Shown in pieces: positions 28,719 to 37,209 of a DNA stretch of 40,000 bases (the first letter of the stretch is position 1; each line of letters starts with the position of its first letter). A program made the translations under genes and the position numbers. The DNA is from Acinetobacter johnsonii. Its GTDB lineage: Bacteria; Pseudomonadota; Gammaproteobacteria; Pseudomonadales; Moraxellaceae. The stretch is from the NCBI RefSeq assembly GCF_048551975.1, contig NZ_JBIMCF010000015.1, positions 4,244 to 44,243 of the forward strand, written 5' to 3'. The notes under the pieces are model-generated. The model searched no databases and was not told where the DNA came from. It saw only the letters and a program-made list of their open reading frames with translations.

Positions 28719-29180
28719 ATGAAATTCAACGTTCAAAAAATAAATGCTGTTTTTTCCATTTTTATGCTTTTAATATTTTTTGTAGCCGCTATTAATTTAG
28801 ATGAACACTTGTCGTCTTTTGTTCAAAAAAATTTCACTTTTCTATTGATCATTTTCTTATTTAGTATCTCACTCATGCTATATGATTTATTATTAAAGAT
28901 CAAAGCTAAGAAGGATCAGGTGTTTTCTTTTTCAAATAAAAATAAAGAATTAATCAATAAAATTTCAAAGCTTTCTTATGAAGAGAAAAACATCTTATCT
29001 TTATTTATGAATGACAAAGTTCAAGAAAAAGCATTAAATCCTAATGATCAAGCAGTAGTTTGGCTAGAAACAATTAAATTTATTTTTAATACAGGTAAAA
29101 TAGAAGGAAATAAAAAAATTTTTAGAATAGAACCCACTCTATCAAAACATCTTCTACAAAATCCAAATAGTTTATATTGA
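28719..29180 (+). CDS. Hypothetical two-TM membrane protein in a very AT-rich insert (possible SieB-like superinfection exclusion protein)
   Basis: 153 aa with two N-terminal hydrophobic helices (VFSIFMLLIFFVAAI; FTFLLIIFLFSISLMLYDLLL) and a soluble C-terminal part (...KLSYEEKNILSLFMNDK...). Only 12 of the first 60 nt are G/C. No obvious Shine-Dalgarno. A strong terminator follows. The SieB-like idea rests on architecture only. Confidence 0.55.
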   Translation: MKFNVQKINAVFSIFMLLIFFVAAINLDEHLSSFVQKNFTFLLIIFLFSISLMLYDLLLKIKAKKDQVFSFSNKNKELINKISKLSYEEKNILSLFMNDKVQEKALNPNDQAVVWLETIKFIFNTGKIEGNKKIFRIEPTLSKHLLQNPNSLY

Positions 29181-29186
29181 AGAAAT

Positions 29187-29214
29187 GCCCAATAAATATT
29201 GGGCTTTTATATTT
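29187..29214 (+). terminator. Rho-independent terminator after the 153-aa ORF
   Basis: GCCCAAT (29187-29193) / ATTGGGC (29198-29204) with loop AAAT, followed by TTTTATATTTT. Confidence 0.8.
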
Positions 29215-29431
29215 TAGTACACGCCTTCAGACTGAATGACTCCGGCATCTGCTTTATATTTAGTCAAAAACTCGCGTAACAAAGTCATCAACATACTGAT
29301 ATTTACCCAACTGCGACAAATACTGTGCCTAAATCCAAATACTTTTGCATCACTTCGTGCTGGGGCGATAAAATTTCCGCTGCTTTGCCTGGCGGGCATC
29401 TCGTCTTAACTGCATAAGCACATGGGTTCAT
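29214..29431 (-). pseudogene. Frameshifted gene remnant (family unknown)
   Basis: Three minus-strand frames join into one plausible polypeptide. They are 29431-29303 (...GKAAEILSPQHEVMQKYLDLGTVFVAVG*), then LGKYQYVDDFVTRVFD*, then the tail of the 61-aa track ORF (...LLREFLTKYKADAGVIQSEGVY*). Confidence 0.35.
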
Positions 29432-29507
29432 TTCGCTAGCATAGCAAGGCATGTTAAGCTTTTAGCGCACACCTGCCCCAAATATAGCCTTTAAATGGAG
29501 ATGATTT

Positions 29508-30161
29508 ATGGATTTGCTTAACGTTGCACAAACTCGTTATACGACCAAAGCCTATGATGCGAGTCGCACTATTCCTACCGCACAATTTGAGCGTTTACTA
29601 GAAATTCTGCGTTTAGCACCATCTTCCATAAATATTCAACCGTGGCATTTTTTTATTGCAGATCACCCTGAAGCCAAACAACGTATTGCTAAAGCTTTAA
29701 TAGGAAAGTACGCCTATAACGCACCTAAAGTTTTAGATGCTTCGCATACCATTTTATTTTGTACCAAAGCCGATATTTCTGAGCAACATTTGGAAAATTT
29801 ATTACATCAAGATGACTTACACGGTCGTTTTAAAGATGATGCCGCTAAGCAAGGCCAAAAAGACAGTCGTTCAGGTTATGTCAACTATTACCGCAATGAG
29901 AAAGGTGACATACAGCGCTGGGCGGAAAACCAAACCTTTATTGCTTTAGGTCAAATTCTATTGGCTGCAGGAATTGAAAAAATTGATGCGACGCCAATTG
30001 GTGGTTTTGATGAATCCATCATTAGTGAAGAGCTAGGTTTAGCCGAACAAGGTCTAATCCCTTCTGTATTGCTCACACTAGGCTATCGTAGTGATGCTGA
30101 CTTCAATGCAAAATTGCCAAAGTCTCGTTTAAGCAAAGAAGATATTTTCACGCAGCTGTAA
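29508..30161 (+). CDS. Oxygen-insensitive NAD(P)H nitroreductase (NfsB/NfnB-like)
   Basis: 217 aa. MDLLNVAQTRYTTKAYDASRTIP...LRLAPSSINIQPWHFF... is the typical nitroreductase-family N-terminus, and the length fits. GGAGA ribosome-binding site. Confidence 0.88.
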   Translation: MDLLNVAQTRYTTKAYDASRTIPTAQFERLLEILRLAPSSINIQPWHFFIADHPEAKQRIAKALIGKYAYNAPKVLDASHTILFCTKADISEQHLENLLHQDDLHGRFKDDAAKQGQKDSRSGYVNYYRNEKGDIQRWAENQTFIALGQILLAAGIEKIDATPIGGFDESIISEELGLAEQGLIPSVLLTLGYRSDADFNAKLPKSRLSKEDIFTQL

Positions 30162-30173
30162 TGCTATTTGTTT

Positions 30174-30200
30174 ATAAAAGGGACTTCAGTCCTTTTTATA
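30174..30200 (+). terminator. Terminator after the nitroreductase gene
   Basis: AAAAGGGAC-TTCA-GTCCTTTTT hairpin with one bulged G, followed by a T-run. Confidence 0.7.
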
Positions 30201-30260
30201 TTTTGGGCCTGAAAATTGCTTCATCATGTTCAATGTCAAAAACAAAAAGTGAGGTTGCTG

Positions 30261-30494
30261 ATGTCTGTTAAGCCCAATATACCGATGAAATTTGAATGTG
30301 CACACTGTAATAAAATCTATTTAGGTCAGTATCAACATATCATGCGCCCTCACTATCCCGATTGCCCCAATTGTGAGCAACCAGGACTGTTATTGGGAAT
30401 CGCAGTAATTGAAGATCTACTCAAACACCCTTTTTCCTTTGTGCAGAACTATTTTAAACAGACATTGCATAAGCTAAACAAGCCACGCTTGTGA
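30261..30494 (+). CDS. Small zinc-ribbon-like hypothetical protein
   Basis: 77 aa counted from the ATG at 30261, which has a GTGAGG ribosome-binding site upstream. Two CxxC pairs are present (CAHCNK ... CPNCEQ). The 3' end overlaps the convergent EamA gene by 41 bp. Confidence 0.5.
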   Translation: MSVKPNIPMKFECAHCNKIYLGQYQHIMRPHYPDCPNCEQPGLLLGIAVIEDLLKHPFSFVQNYFKQTLHKLNKPRL

Positions 30495-31311
30495 TACCCA
30501 ACACCAATCCGATGGCTGTTGGGAGTTTGAGCTTCTCTTTAAAGAACAGTAGTCCGCTGAACACGCCTAACAGCACCACCATAATATGCATGCCCGCAAA
30601 GACCACTGTTGGGCTATCCTTGAGTAGCAGATGAGCTTTGACATAAAGTGCGATATTGGCAAAGTTCAACACGCCAAGACATAAACCTGCCACGACGTTC
30701 TTGGTTAAGCCGATATTTTTCGTGGTCACAGCAACATAACCGACTGACAATAAAAACGCGCAAATAAACATCAGGTTTAACGCAACGGAAAACTGTACAC
30801 CCAACCCTGTTGTATATTTAAGCAAGACATCAATCAGCGCATAACCGAACCAGACTAGTGCTAAATACCACACAGCCTGTTTTTGACCTTCTTCATCACC
30901 AGAGGCATTGGTAAATAAAATGCACATCACGGCGGCAAGCCCCAAGACTACCCCGACAATTTTGAGCTGATTAAACTGTTCTTGAAAAATAAAATAAGCC
31001 GCCAATAAAGATAAAATCACCGACAAACGCTGTGCGATTTCTGTTTTGATAATGCCTGCATATTGTAAAGATTTAGCTAAAAATAAAAATACACTCGGCA
31101 ACAAAACACCAAGCGCGACAATCAGCCACCAAGGGGTATTTGTAATAGAAACGTGGCTTAGATCAGGTTTAAACCAGAAGTAACACAGTAAACTGGCTGA
31201 AGCATAGTTCCAGCTGATCATCTGGATCGGATCAAATCCTTTGTTTTTGCTCCATTTTAAAAGAATGGAGACCACCACACTACAACATGCCGCAGCAAAT
31301 ATCAGTTCCAT
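30454..31311 (-). CDS. EamA/DMT-superfamily transporter
   Basis: 285 aa with about 10 hydrophobic segments arranged as two 5-TM halves, typical of EamA-domain permeases. Confidence 0.8.
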   Translation of the reverse strand: MELIFAAACCSVVVSILLKWSKNKGFDPIQMISWNYASASLLCYFWFKPDLSHVSITNTPWWLIVALGVLLPSVFLFLAKSLQYAGIIKTEIAQRLSVILSLLAAYFIFQEQFNQLKIVGVVLGLAAVMCILFTNASGDEEGQKQAVWYLALVWFGYALIDVLLKYTTGLGVQFSVALNLMFICAFLLSVGYVAVTTKNIGLTKNVVAGLCLGVLNFANIALYVKAHLLLKDSPTVVFAGMHIMVVLLGVFSGLLFFKEKLKLPTAIGLVLGITSVACLAYAMSV

Positions 31312-31354
31312 AGCACACTCTTATTATTGTCGCCTCAAATATAAACACACATAG

Positions 31355-31380
31355 AAAAGCCCACATCAGGGTGGGCTTTT
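31355..31380 (-). terminator. fba rho-independent terminator
   Basis: AAAAGCCCAC-ATCAGG-GTGGGCTTTT: a 6-bp GC stem flanked by A and T runs, immediately downstream of fba on the minus strand. Confidence 0.8.
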
Positions 31381-31404
31381 CCAATATAAATTATTCAAAA
31401 ATAA

Positions 31405-32442
31405 TTATTTATAACGATCAACCATTTTCTCTAAAGAAATTGGACGAATCTTGTCGGCATTGCCCGCAGTACCAAATGCTTCATAACGGTCAACACAAAT
31501 TTGTTTCATTGCGTCTACAGTTTTCGCGAAGAATTTACGAGGGTCAAATTCGCTTGGTTGTTCAGCCATCATACGACGCATTGCACCAGTCGATGCTAAA
31601 CGCAAGTCTGTATCGATGTTAATTTTACGAACACCGTGCTTGATTGCTTCAACCAATTGCTCAACAGGAACACCATAAGTTTCTTTGATGTCGCCGCCGT
31701 ACTGGTTAATGATCGCTAACCATTCTTGTGGTACAGAGCTTGAACCGTGCATCACAAGGTGAGTATTTGGAAGCGCCGCATGAATTTCTTTAATGCGGTC
31801 AATTGCCAAAATATCGCCTGTAGGTGGACGCGTGAACTTGTATGCACCGTGTGAAGTACCTACTGCAATTGCAAGCGCATCTACATTGGTATCTGCAACA
31901 AACTGACGTGCTTCTTCAACTGAAGTTAAAAGTTGAGAATGATCAAGAACACCTTCAGCGCCTACGCCATCTTCTTCACCCGCCATACCCGTTTCAAGGC
32001 TACCTAAACAACCGATTTCACCTTCAACTGAAACACCGCATGCATGCGCCATTTGTACTGTACGACGTGTTACATCAACGTTATATTCATAAGTAGTTGG
32101 TGTTTTACCGTCTGCACCCAATGAACCATCCATCATCACAGATGAGAAGCCCAATTGAATTGAACGTTGGCAAACGTCTGGATCTGTACCATGGTCTTGA
32201 TGCATTACCACTGGAATGTGTGGCCATTCTTCAATTGCAGCCAAAATAAGATGACGTAAGAATGGAGCACCTGCATATTTACGCGCACCCGCTGATGCTT
32301 GTACGATAACAGGTGAATTTGTTTCATCTGCTGCAAGCATGATTGCGCGCATTTGTTCTAAGTTGTTTACGTTGAATGCTGGTACGCCGTAAGCATGTTC
32401 GCCGGCGTGATCCAAGAGCTGGCGCAATGAAATAAGAGCCAT
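31405..32442 (-). CDS. fba: Class II fructose-1,6-bisphosphate aldolase
   Basis: 345 aa with [30 protein letters not shown]...HQDHG...VMHGSS, the class II (Calvin-cycle subtype) FBA pattern. Confidence 0.96.
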   Translation of the reverse strand: MALISLRQLLDHAGEHAYGVPAFNVNNLEQMRAIMLAADETNSPVIVQASAGARKYAGAPFLRHLILAAIEEWPHIPVVMHQDHGTDPDVCQRSIQLGFSSVMMDGSLGADGKTPTTYEYNVDVTRRTVQMAHACGVSVEGEIGCLGSLETGMAGEEDGVGAEGVLDHSQLLTSVEEARQFVADTNVDALAIAVGTSHGAYKFTRPPTGDILAIDRIKEIHAALPNTHLVMHGSSSVPQEWLAIINQYGGDIKETYGVPVEQLVEAIKHGVRKINIDTDLRLASTGAMRRMMAEQPSEFDPRKFFAKTVDAMKQICVDRYEAFGTAGNADKIRPISLEKMVDRYK

Positions 32443-32512
32443 AATGTCCTCCCAGTTGATGGGACATATTCTACATGCTCAAAGGTTTCAATTCAGCAAC
32501 AAATAACACTAT

Positions 32513-32546
32513 TTAAAAAAAATCCCCGCAATTGCAGGGACTTTTT
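32513..32546 (-). terminator. Terminator downstream of the lipoprotein gene
   Basis: TCCCCGCAATTGCAGGGA (32523-32540) forms an imperfect palindrome. It has an 8-nt A-run upstream, which is a T-run on the minus strand. Confidence 0.75.
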
Positions 32547-32563
32547 ACGAAATTCGCGTGTAT

Positions 32564-32839
32564 TTAGTGTGCTGTAGCAGCCGAAGCCTCTACCGCAGGA
32601 TCGGCAGTTGCCGCATCTGCAGGTGCATTTGCAACTTCAGCAGGAATGTCTTTGTTCTTTTCATCCAATTCTGGCTGATCAATCGCATCAATTGCCGCTT
32701 GTTGTTCCGCCGTTACAGCTTCTTCAACTGCTGCTGTTTCAGATGCGGCAGCGGTTTGCTCTGGTGCTTCATTTTTCTTACAAGCAGTCAGTGCCAATGG
32801 TGCTAACAAAAGTGCAGCAAGGGTCATTTTTAAATTCAT
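32564..32839 (-). CDS. Acidic Ala/Glu-rich lipoprotein (low complexity)
   Basis: Signal peptide plus lipobox MNLKMTLAALLLAPLALTAC. The mature 70 aa are dominated by A, E, T and D. The gene sits between pgk and fba on the same strand. Confidence 0.7.
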   Translation of the reverse strand: MNLKMTLAALLLAPLALTACKKNEAPEQTAAASETAAVEEAVTAEQQAAIDAIDQPELDEKNKDIPAEVANAPADAATADPAVEASAATAH

Positions 32840-32933
32840 AATGTTTTCCTAGAACAGATGATTTAATGCCCTGTAGTTTATTTCAGCATTATTTCATTTT
32901 CATGACTGAATGATGAATAGATTTGTTAAGCTC

Positions 32934-32964
32934 ATAAAAAAAGTTGACCGAAGTCAACCTTTTT
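32934..32964 (-). terminator. pgk terminator
   Basis: GTTGAC (32943-32948) / GTCAAC (32953-32958) with loop CGAA, flanked by a long A-run on plus, which is a T-run on the minus strand. Confidence 0.7.
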
Positions 32965-32987
32965 ACAACAGCATGAGCACACAATAA

Positions 32988-34178
32988 TTATTGTGCACGC
33001 TCTATCAGCGCTGCAACTGCTGGAAGTGTTTTACCTTCGACAAACTCAAGGAAAGCACCACCACCGGTTGAGATATAACCAATTTTGTCTGCAACTTCGT
33101 ATTTATCAATCGCAGCTAAAGTGTCACCACCACCTGCAATAGAGAAGCCAGCAGATTCAGCAATCGCTAAAGATAAAGTTTTTGTGCCTTCGCCGAACTG
33201 ATCGACTTCAAACACACCTACTGGACCATTCCATAGAATCGTTTTCGACATTTTTAGAATGTCTGCAAATGCTTTTGCCGTTTCTGGACCTACATCCAAA
33301 ATCATGTCATTGTCAGTCACATTTTCAACTTTTTTCACGACTGCTTTAGCAGCAGCCAATGAACCCAAGAAGTCTGCAAAATCGATTTCAGAAGCATCAG
33401 CTACTACAACATCCGTTGGAAGCGGCACAGAAACTTTTGCAGCAATTGCCTTTGCTGTATCGATCAAATCATTTTCACACAATGATTTACCGACATTGAA
33501 GCCTGCTGCCGCCAAGAAGGTATTGGCAATACCACCACCCACGATCAATTGATCACAAATGTCAGAAAGTGATGTCAACACATCTAACTTAGTCGATACT
33601 TTAGAACCCGCAACAATAGCAACCATTGGTTTTTCAGGTGTTTGTAATGCACGGCCAAGTGCATCTAACTCAGCCGCCAATAAAGGACCAGCCGCTGCAA
33701 CTTTTGCTAAACGTGCCACGCCTTCAGTTGATGCTTCTGCGCGGTGTGCTGTACCGAATGCATCCATCACAAATACATCACAAAGTGCTGCATATTTTGC
33801 AGCAAGTTCTGGGTTGTTTTTCTTTTCACCCACGTTAAAACGGCAGTTTTCAAGGAGTACCACTTGACCTGCTGCCACTTCAACACCATCAAGGTAATCC
33901 GTCACTAATTGAACGTCTTGACCCAATGCTTCAGTCAAATACGCAGCAACAGGTGCTAGTGATTGTTCTGGTTTTGGCTCACCTTCAACTGGACGACCAA
34001 GGTGAGAATAAACCATTAGGGCTGCGCCTTGTGCTAACGCTGCTTTAATTGTTGGTAAAGCGGCGCGTAAACGTGCATCGCTTGTAATCACACCATTTTT
34101 AACAGGAACGTTTAAATCTTCGCGAATAAGAACACGTTTACCCGTTAAATCGAGGTCAGTCATACGCTGAAAATTCAT
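32988..34178 (-). CDS. pgk: Phosphoglycerate kinase
   Basis: [26 protein letters not shown]... and FGTAHRA, GGGDT motifs. The track ORF extends 32 codons upstream, but the ATG at 34178 with an AAGAGAG ribosome-binding site gives the canonical N-terminus. Confidence 0.96.
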   Translation of the reverse strand: MNFQRMTDLDLTGKRVLIREDLNVPVKNGVITSDARLRAALPTIKAALAQGAALMVYSHLGRPVEGEPKPEQSLAPVAAYLTEALGQDVQLVTDYLDGVEVAAGQVVLLENCRFNVGEKKNNPELAAKYAALCDVFVMDAFGTAHRAEASTEGVARLAKVAAAGPLLAAELDALGRALQTPEKPMVAIVAGSKVSTKLDVLTSLSDICDQLIVGGGIANTFLAAAGFNVGKSLCENDLIDTAKAIAAKVSVPLPTDVVVADASEIDFADFLGSLAAAKAVVKKVENVTDNDMILDVGPETAKAFADILKMSKTILWNGPVGVFEVDQFGEGTKTLSLAIAESAGFSIAGGGDTLAAIDKYEVADKIGYISTGGGAFLEFVEGKTLPAVAALIERAQ

Positions 34179-34317
34179 GTAGAGCTCTCTTTCTATATAT
34201 AAAAATCGCGTCGATTTTAAATGATTATGCAGAAAAAGGTTAGCTTCTTTTGCAGAAAAGCAAACGAAAGGCAAAGTTTTGCTATCATAGTGAAAAGTCT
34301 CACTAGATTTAGCATTT

Positions 34318-34704
34318 ATGTCTATTCATCCTGATCCAAATCTAAACCGTTTAAACGTTTTGGGTGAACCTTTAGCCAGCTGTTGTTATTCCCCGATCAC
34401 GGGGTATTTCCGTAATGGTTTTTGTCATACAGCACCTTCCGATTTGGGACAACACACGATCTGTGTCGAAATGACCTCTGAGTTTTTAAATTTTTCTCAG
34501 CGAGTGGGTAATGATCTCATTACCCCTGTGCCTGAAGTTGACTTTCCAGGTCTACAACCTGGTGATTTTTGGTGTATCTGTGTGACCCGTTGGGTAGAAG
34601 CTTATCAGGCCGGTTTTGCGCCTCCTGTTAAAGTTCAAGCTTGCCATCAAGCTGTACTCTCCTATGTCCCACTGAATGTGCTTATGGAATATGCAGTCGA
34701 ATGA
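34318..34704 (+). CDS. DUF2237-family protein
   Basis: 128 aa. [11 protein letters not shown]...TGYFRNGFC...[16 protein letters not shown]...[11 protein letters not shown] matches my memory of the DUF2237 conserved cysteine pattern. Confidence 0.75.
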   Translation: MSIHPDPNLNRLNVLGEPLASCCYSPITGYFRNGFCHTAPSDLGQHTICVEMTSEFLNFSQRVGNDLITPVPEVDFPGLQPGDFWCICVTRWVEAYQAGFAPPVKVQACHQAVLSYVPLNVLMEYAVE

Positions 34705-35294
34705 ATACTTCTGAAATTATTTTGGCATCCAGCAGTCAAACTCGTAAAGACCTCATGAACCGTTTACGTCTAGACTACCGCTGCGTTGTGCCTGATATAG
34801 ACGAATCGCCTCGTGGTGAAAGCCATGCCGATGATTTAGCTAAGCGACTGGCTTTTGAAAAAGCGCATGTCATTGCGTCACAAAACCCTGAAGCAATCGT
34901 GATTGGCTCAGATCAGGTGGCATGGCGTGAAGGTGCACCCGATATTTTTATTGGTAAGCCATTGAGTACTGAAAAAGCCATTAAACAGCTACAAGCCAAT
35001 TCGGACAAAATTGTCTACTTCAGTACCGCACTCAGCGTACAGCAACACTCAACAGGTTTTGAACGTAGTCTGGTTGAGCACTATAAAGTTAAGTTCCGTA
35101 AACTGGGACTGCCTGAAATTCAGCGTTATGTTGAAATTGAACAGCCACTGATGTGTGCAGGAAGCTTCAAGTGTGAAAGCCTTGGTATCAGCTTATTTGA
35201 ACAAATGATAGGACAAGATCAAACCACGTTGATGGGTATGCCTATGATTCAGTTGTGTCATATTCTACGTGAATTAAAAGTGCTTGTGCCTTAA
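34701..35294 (+). CDS. maf: Maf-like nucleoside triphosphate pyrophosphatase (YceF subtype)
   Basis: [22 protein letters not shown]...DESP...IGSDQV... has the Maf family motifs. Its ATG overlaps the DUF2237 stop (ATGA at 34701-34704). The track ORF start at 34641 lies inside the upstream gene. Confidence 0.88.
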   Translation: MNTSEIILASSSQTRKDLMNRLRLDYRCVVPDIDESPRGESHADDLAKRLAFEKAHVIASQNPEAIVIGSDQVAWREGAPDIFIGKPLSTEKAIKQLQANSDKIVYFSTALSVQQHSTGFERSLVEHYKVKFRKLGLPEIQRYVEIEQPLMCAGSFKCESLGISLFEQMIGQDQTTLMGMPMIQLCHILRELKVLVP

Positions 35295-35327
35295 TTCTGT
35301 AGCAGTATTTTTAGATGCTTCCCCAAT

Positions 35328-35362
35328 AAATTGAACAGCATCAAATGTTGCTGTTCAATTTT
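35328..35362. terminator. Bidirectional hairpin between convergent maf and the hypothetical gene
   Basis: Perfect 11-bp stem ATTGAACAGCA (35330-35340) / TGCTGTTCAAT (35349-35359) with an 8-nt loop. Short A and T runs lie on either side. Confidence 0.65.
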
Positions 35363-35367
35363 GAGCA

Positions 35368-35802
35368 TTAAATGTAACAACAGCAAGAATAATATATAGC
35401 CAATCGCTCAAGCTTTTTAGACGAATTTGCTGAAGGATAAGCTTGAATGAATCGTTTAAAGTACATTCGAATGAATAGACTACGGGATAACGTAATCAGC
35501 ATAAAAAGAATAAGAAAGCAAAATAGACTAATATTATTAGGCTCAAAGCTACTCACACTTTCGCTCTGTCTAAAGAGATATTTGACAAATAACAATGCCA
35601 ATACCAAATAACCATACCACATTTTATTATATAGCGGATGATCTTCAGCGAGACTTTTGGCTTGTCTAAAAAGTAAAATATGCTGATATTGCGGTACCTT
35701 AGCCAAATTTTTTGTTTTATATATACTATCGATTGAGGATGATTTTTTAGCTAATTTGGACTGACTTTTCTCTCTTTCTTTTTGCAATACCTCATTCGCC
35801 AT
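35368..35802 (-). CDS. Hypothetical membrane protein (orphan, low-GC)
   Basis: 144 aa with a Lys/Ser-rich N-terminus, two hydrophobic segments (MWYGYLVLALLFVKYLF; ISLFCFLILFMLITLS) and a C-terminal CCC. No recognised domain. Confidence 0.5.
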   Translation of the reverse strand: MANEVLQKEREKSQSKLAKKSSSIDSIYKTKNLAKVPQYQHILLFRQAKSLAEDHPLYNKMWYGYLVLALLFVKYLFRQSESVSSFEPNNISLFCFLILFMLITLSRSLFIRMYFKRFIQAYPSANSSKKLERLAIYYSCCCYI

Positions 35803-36003
35803 TTTCTAGGCATCTTCTTTACTTAACATTATTTTTCTTCACTATATTTTAGACCTATTATGCTGTAAAAATTTTGCTGCCTACAATCATAACGACTGAG
35901 ACAAACTCAATTTATTTAAATAAATCTAACGATACTTGCACATAGACATTCGATCATAAGACAATAGTCACAATATTGTTTTAAATTTGCTTAGGCTATT
36001 TTC

Positions 36004-37170
36004 ATGTCCCAATCTCTTGATGTTCTTGGCGGTATTACAGCTGAACAATTCCTTGCCGAATATTGGCAAAAAAAGCCATTATTGGTCCGCAACGCGCTGC
36101 CTGAAATTATCAATATTTTAGAACCTAGCGATGTTATGGAACTGGCTTTAGATGAAAATGTCACAGCTCGTCTCATCAAACAAAAAGACCGTGACCCAAA
36201 TCAGTGGTCGGTCAAGTCTTCACCGCTGTTAAAAGCTGATTTTCAAAAGATGCCAAAACTCTGGACTTTATTGGTTCAAGCCGTAGACCACTACTCTTTT
36301 GACTTAGCAGCACTGTGGAAAAAATTTCCTTTTATTCCGCAGTGGCGCCGTGATGACATCATGGTGTCCTATGCACCTAAAGGTGGCTCTGTCGGAAAGC
36401 ATTTTGACTTTTACGATGTCTTTTTAGTTCAAGGTTATGGTCATCGTCGTTGGCAGTTGGGTCAAATGTGCGATGCTGAATCTGAGATTGTTGCAGGCCA
36501 ACCTTTAAAATTACTGCCAGAAATTGACGTACATTTTGACGAAGTATTAGCACCAGGTGATTTACTTTATGTACCACCAGGTTTATCACATTTTGGTGTA
36601 GCTGAAGATGACTGTCTGACCTTCTCTTTTGGCTTCCGTATGCCAAACGTCACCGACATGGTAGACCGTGTAGGCGACAAACTGTCTGATAACGCTCTGC
36701 TGCGTAATCCTTTGCTCGATATTGTCCGTGACCAACAAAGTCCAATCGGTCAATTAACACAAAACGAATTGGATTATTTAAAGGCAGAAATTTTGGCGCA
36801 GCTGCAAAACTCAACGTTGCTTGAAGATGCCATTATGACCTTGATGTCAGAGCCAAAGTACCCTGAAAATATTCCTGAAGCTGAAGAAATTGGCACAGGA
36901 GATCTAGAAGGTATTTTAGACCAAGGCTATCAGCTGATTTTAGAACCCGCTTCTCGCCTACTTTATACACACGATGAAGATGAATTCTTATTTTGGGCCA
37001 ATGGTGAAGGGCTATGCATTTCAGAGCAATTTGCACCATTACTTAAGAACTTAGCAGATGGTGAAGCACTGTTACTTGATGAAAGCTTATATGATGCCGA
37101 TATTCTAGAAGACATTGCAATGCTGATGAACGAATCCGTCTTAATGCTACTCCCACCTGACGAAGCTTAA
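36004..37170 (+). CDS. roxA: Ribosomal protein uL16 arginine hydroxylase (JmjC/cupin, YcfD/RoxA)
   Basis: Collinear with E. coli YcfD: FLAEYWQKKPLLVR, WTLLVQAVDH, GGSVGKHFDFYDVFLVQGYGHRRWQLG, GDLLYVPPGLSH. Confidence 0.9.
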   Translation: MSQSLDVLGGITAEQFLAEYWQKKPLLVRNALPEIINILEPSDVMELALDENVTARLIKQKDRDPNQWSVKSSPLLKADFQKMPKLWTLLVQAVDHYSFDLAALWKKFPFIPQWRRDDIMVSYAPKGGSVGKHFDFYDVFLVQGYGHRRWQLGQMCDAESEIVAGQPLKLLPEIDVHFDEVLAPGDLLYVPPGLSHFGVAEDDCLTFSFGFRMPNVTDMVDRVGDKLSDNALLRNPLLDIVRDQQSPIGQLTQNELDYLKAEILAQLQNSTLLEDAIMTLMSEPKYPENIPEAEEIGTGDLEGILDQGYQLILEPASRLLYTHDEDEFLFWANGEGLCISEQFAPLLKNLADGEALLLDESLYDADILEDIAMLMNESVLMLLPPDEA

Positions 37171-37177
37171 GCAAACC

Positions 37178-37209
37178 AAGTGCTGAGGAATCTCATCTAC
37201 TCAGCACTT
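37178..37209. terminator. Hairpin at the convergent roxA / histidine kinase junction
   Basis: 10-bp stem AAGTGCTGAG (37178-37187) / CTCAGCACTT (37200-37209) with a 12-nt loop. The right arm and loop overlap the kinase stop codon (37197-37199) and its last codons. Confidence 0.5.

Noticed and set aside
29214-29399. 61-aa minus-strand ORF as an intact gene
   Set aside because: Only its C-terminal third reads as protein-like, and that part continues sensibly into two other frames upstream. It is better explained as the last fragment of a frameshifted remnant.
31371-31622. 83-aa plus-strand ORF
   Set aside because: It starts in the fba terminator region and runs antisense into fba. The sequence is not protein-like.
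32558-32841. Plus-strand 82-aa Cys/Arg-rich and 77-aa Leu/Gln-rich ORFs
   Set aside because: They are antisense artefacts of the GCN/GAA-rich codons of the Ala/Glu-rich lipoprotein gene. The minus-strand frame has a proper signal peptide, lipobox and terminator.
33259-33867. Three plus-strand ORFs (70-102 aa) inside pgk
   Set aside because: They are antisense to phosphoglycerate kinase. The Ala/Ser-rich low-complexity translation is typical of the reverse frame of a GC-richer gene.
34179-34274. 32-codon N-terminal extension of pgk in the ORF track
   Set aside because: The canonical PGK N-terminus begins at the ATG at 34178, which has a ribosome-binding site. The extension runs through promoter-like AT-rich sequence.
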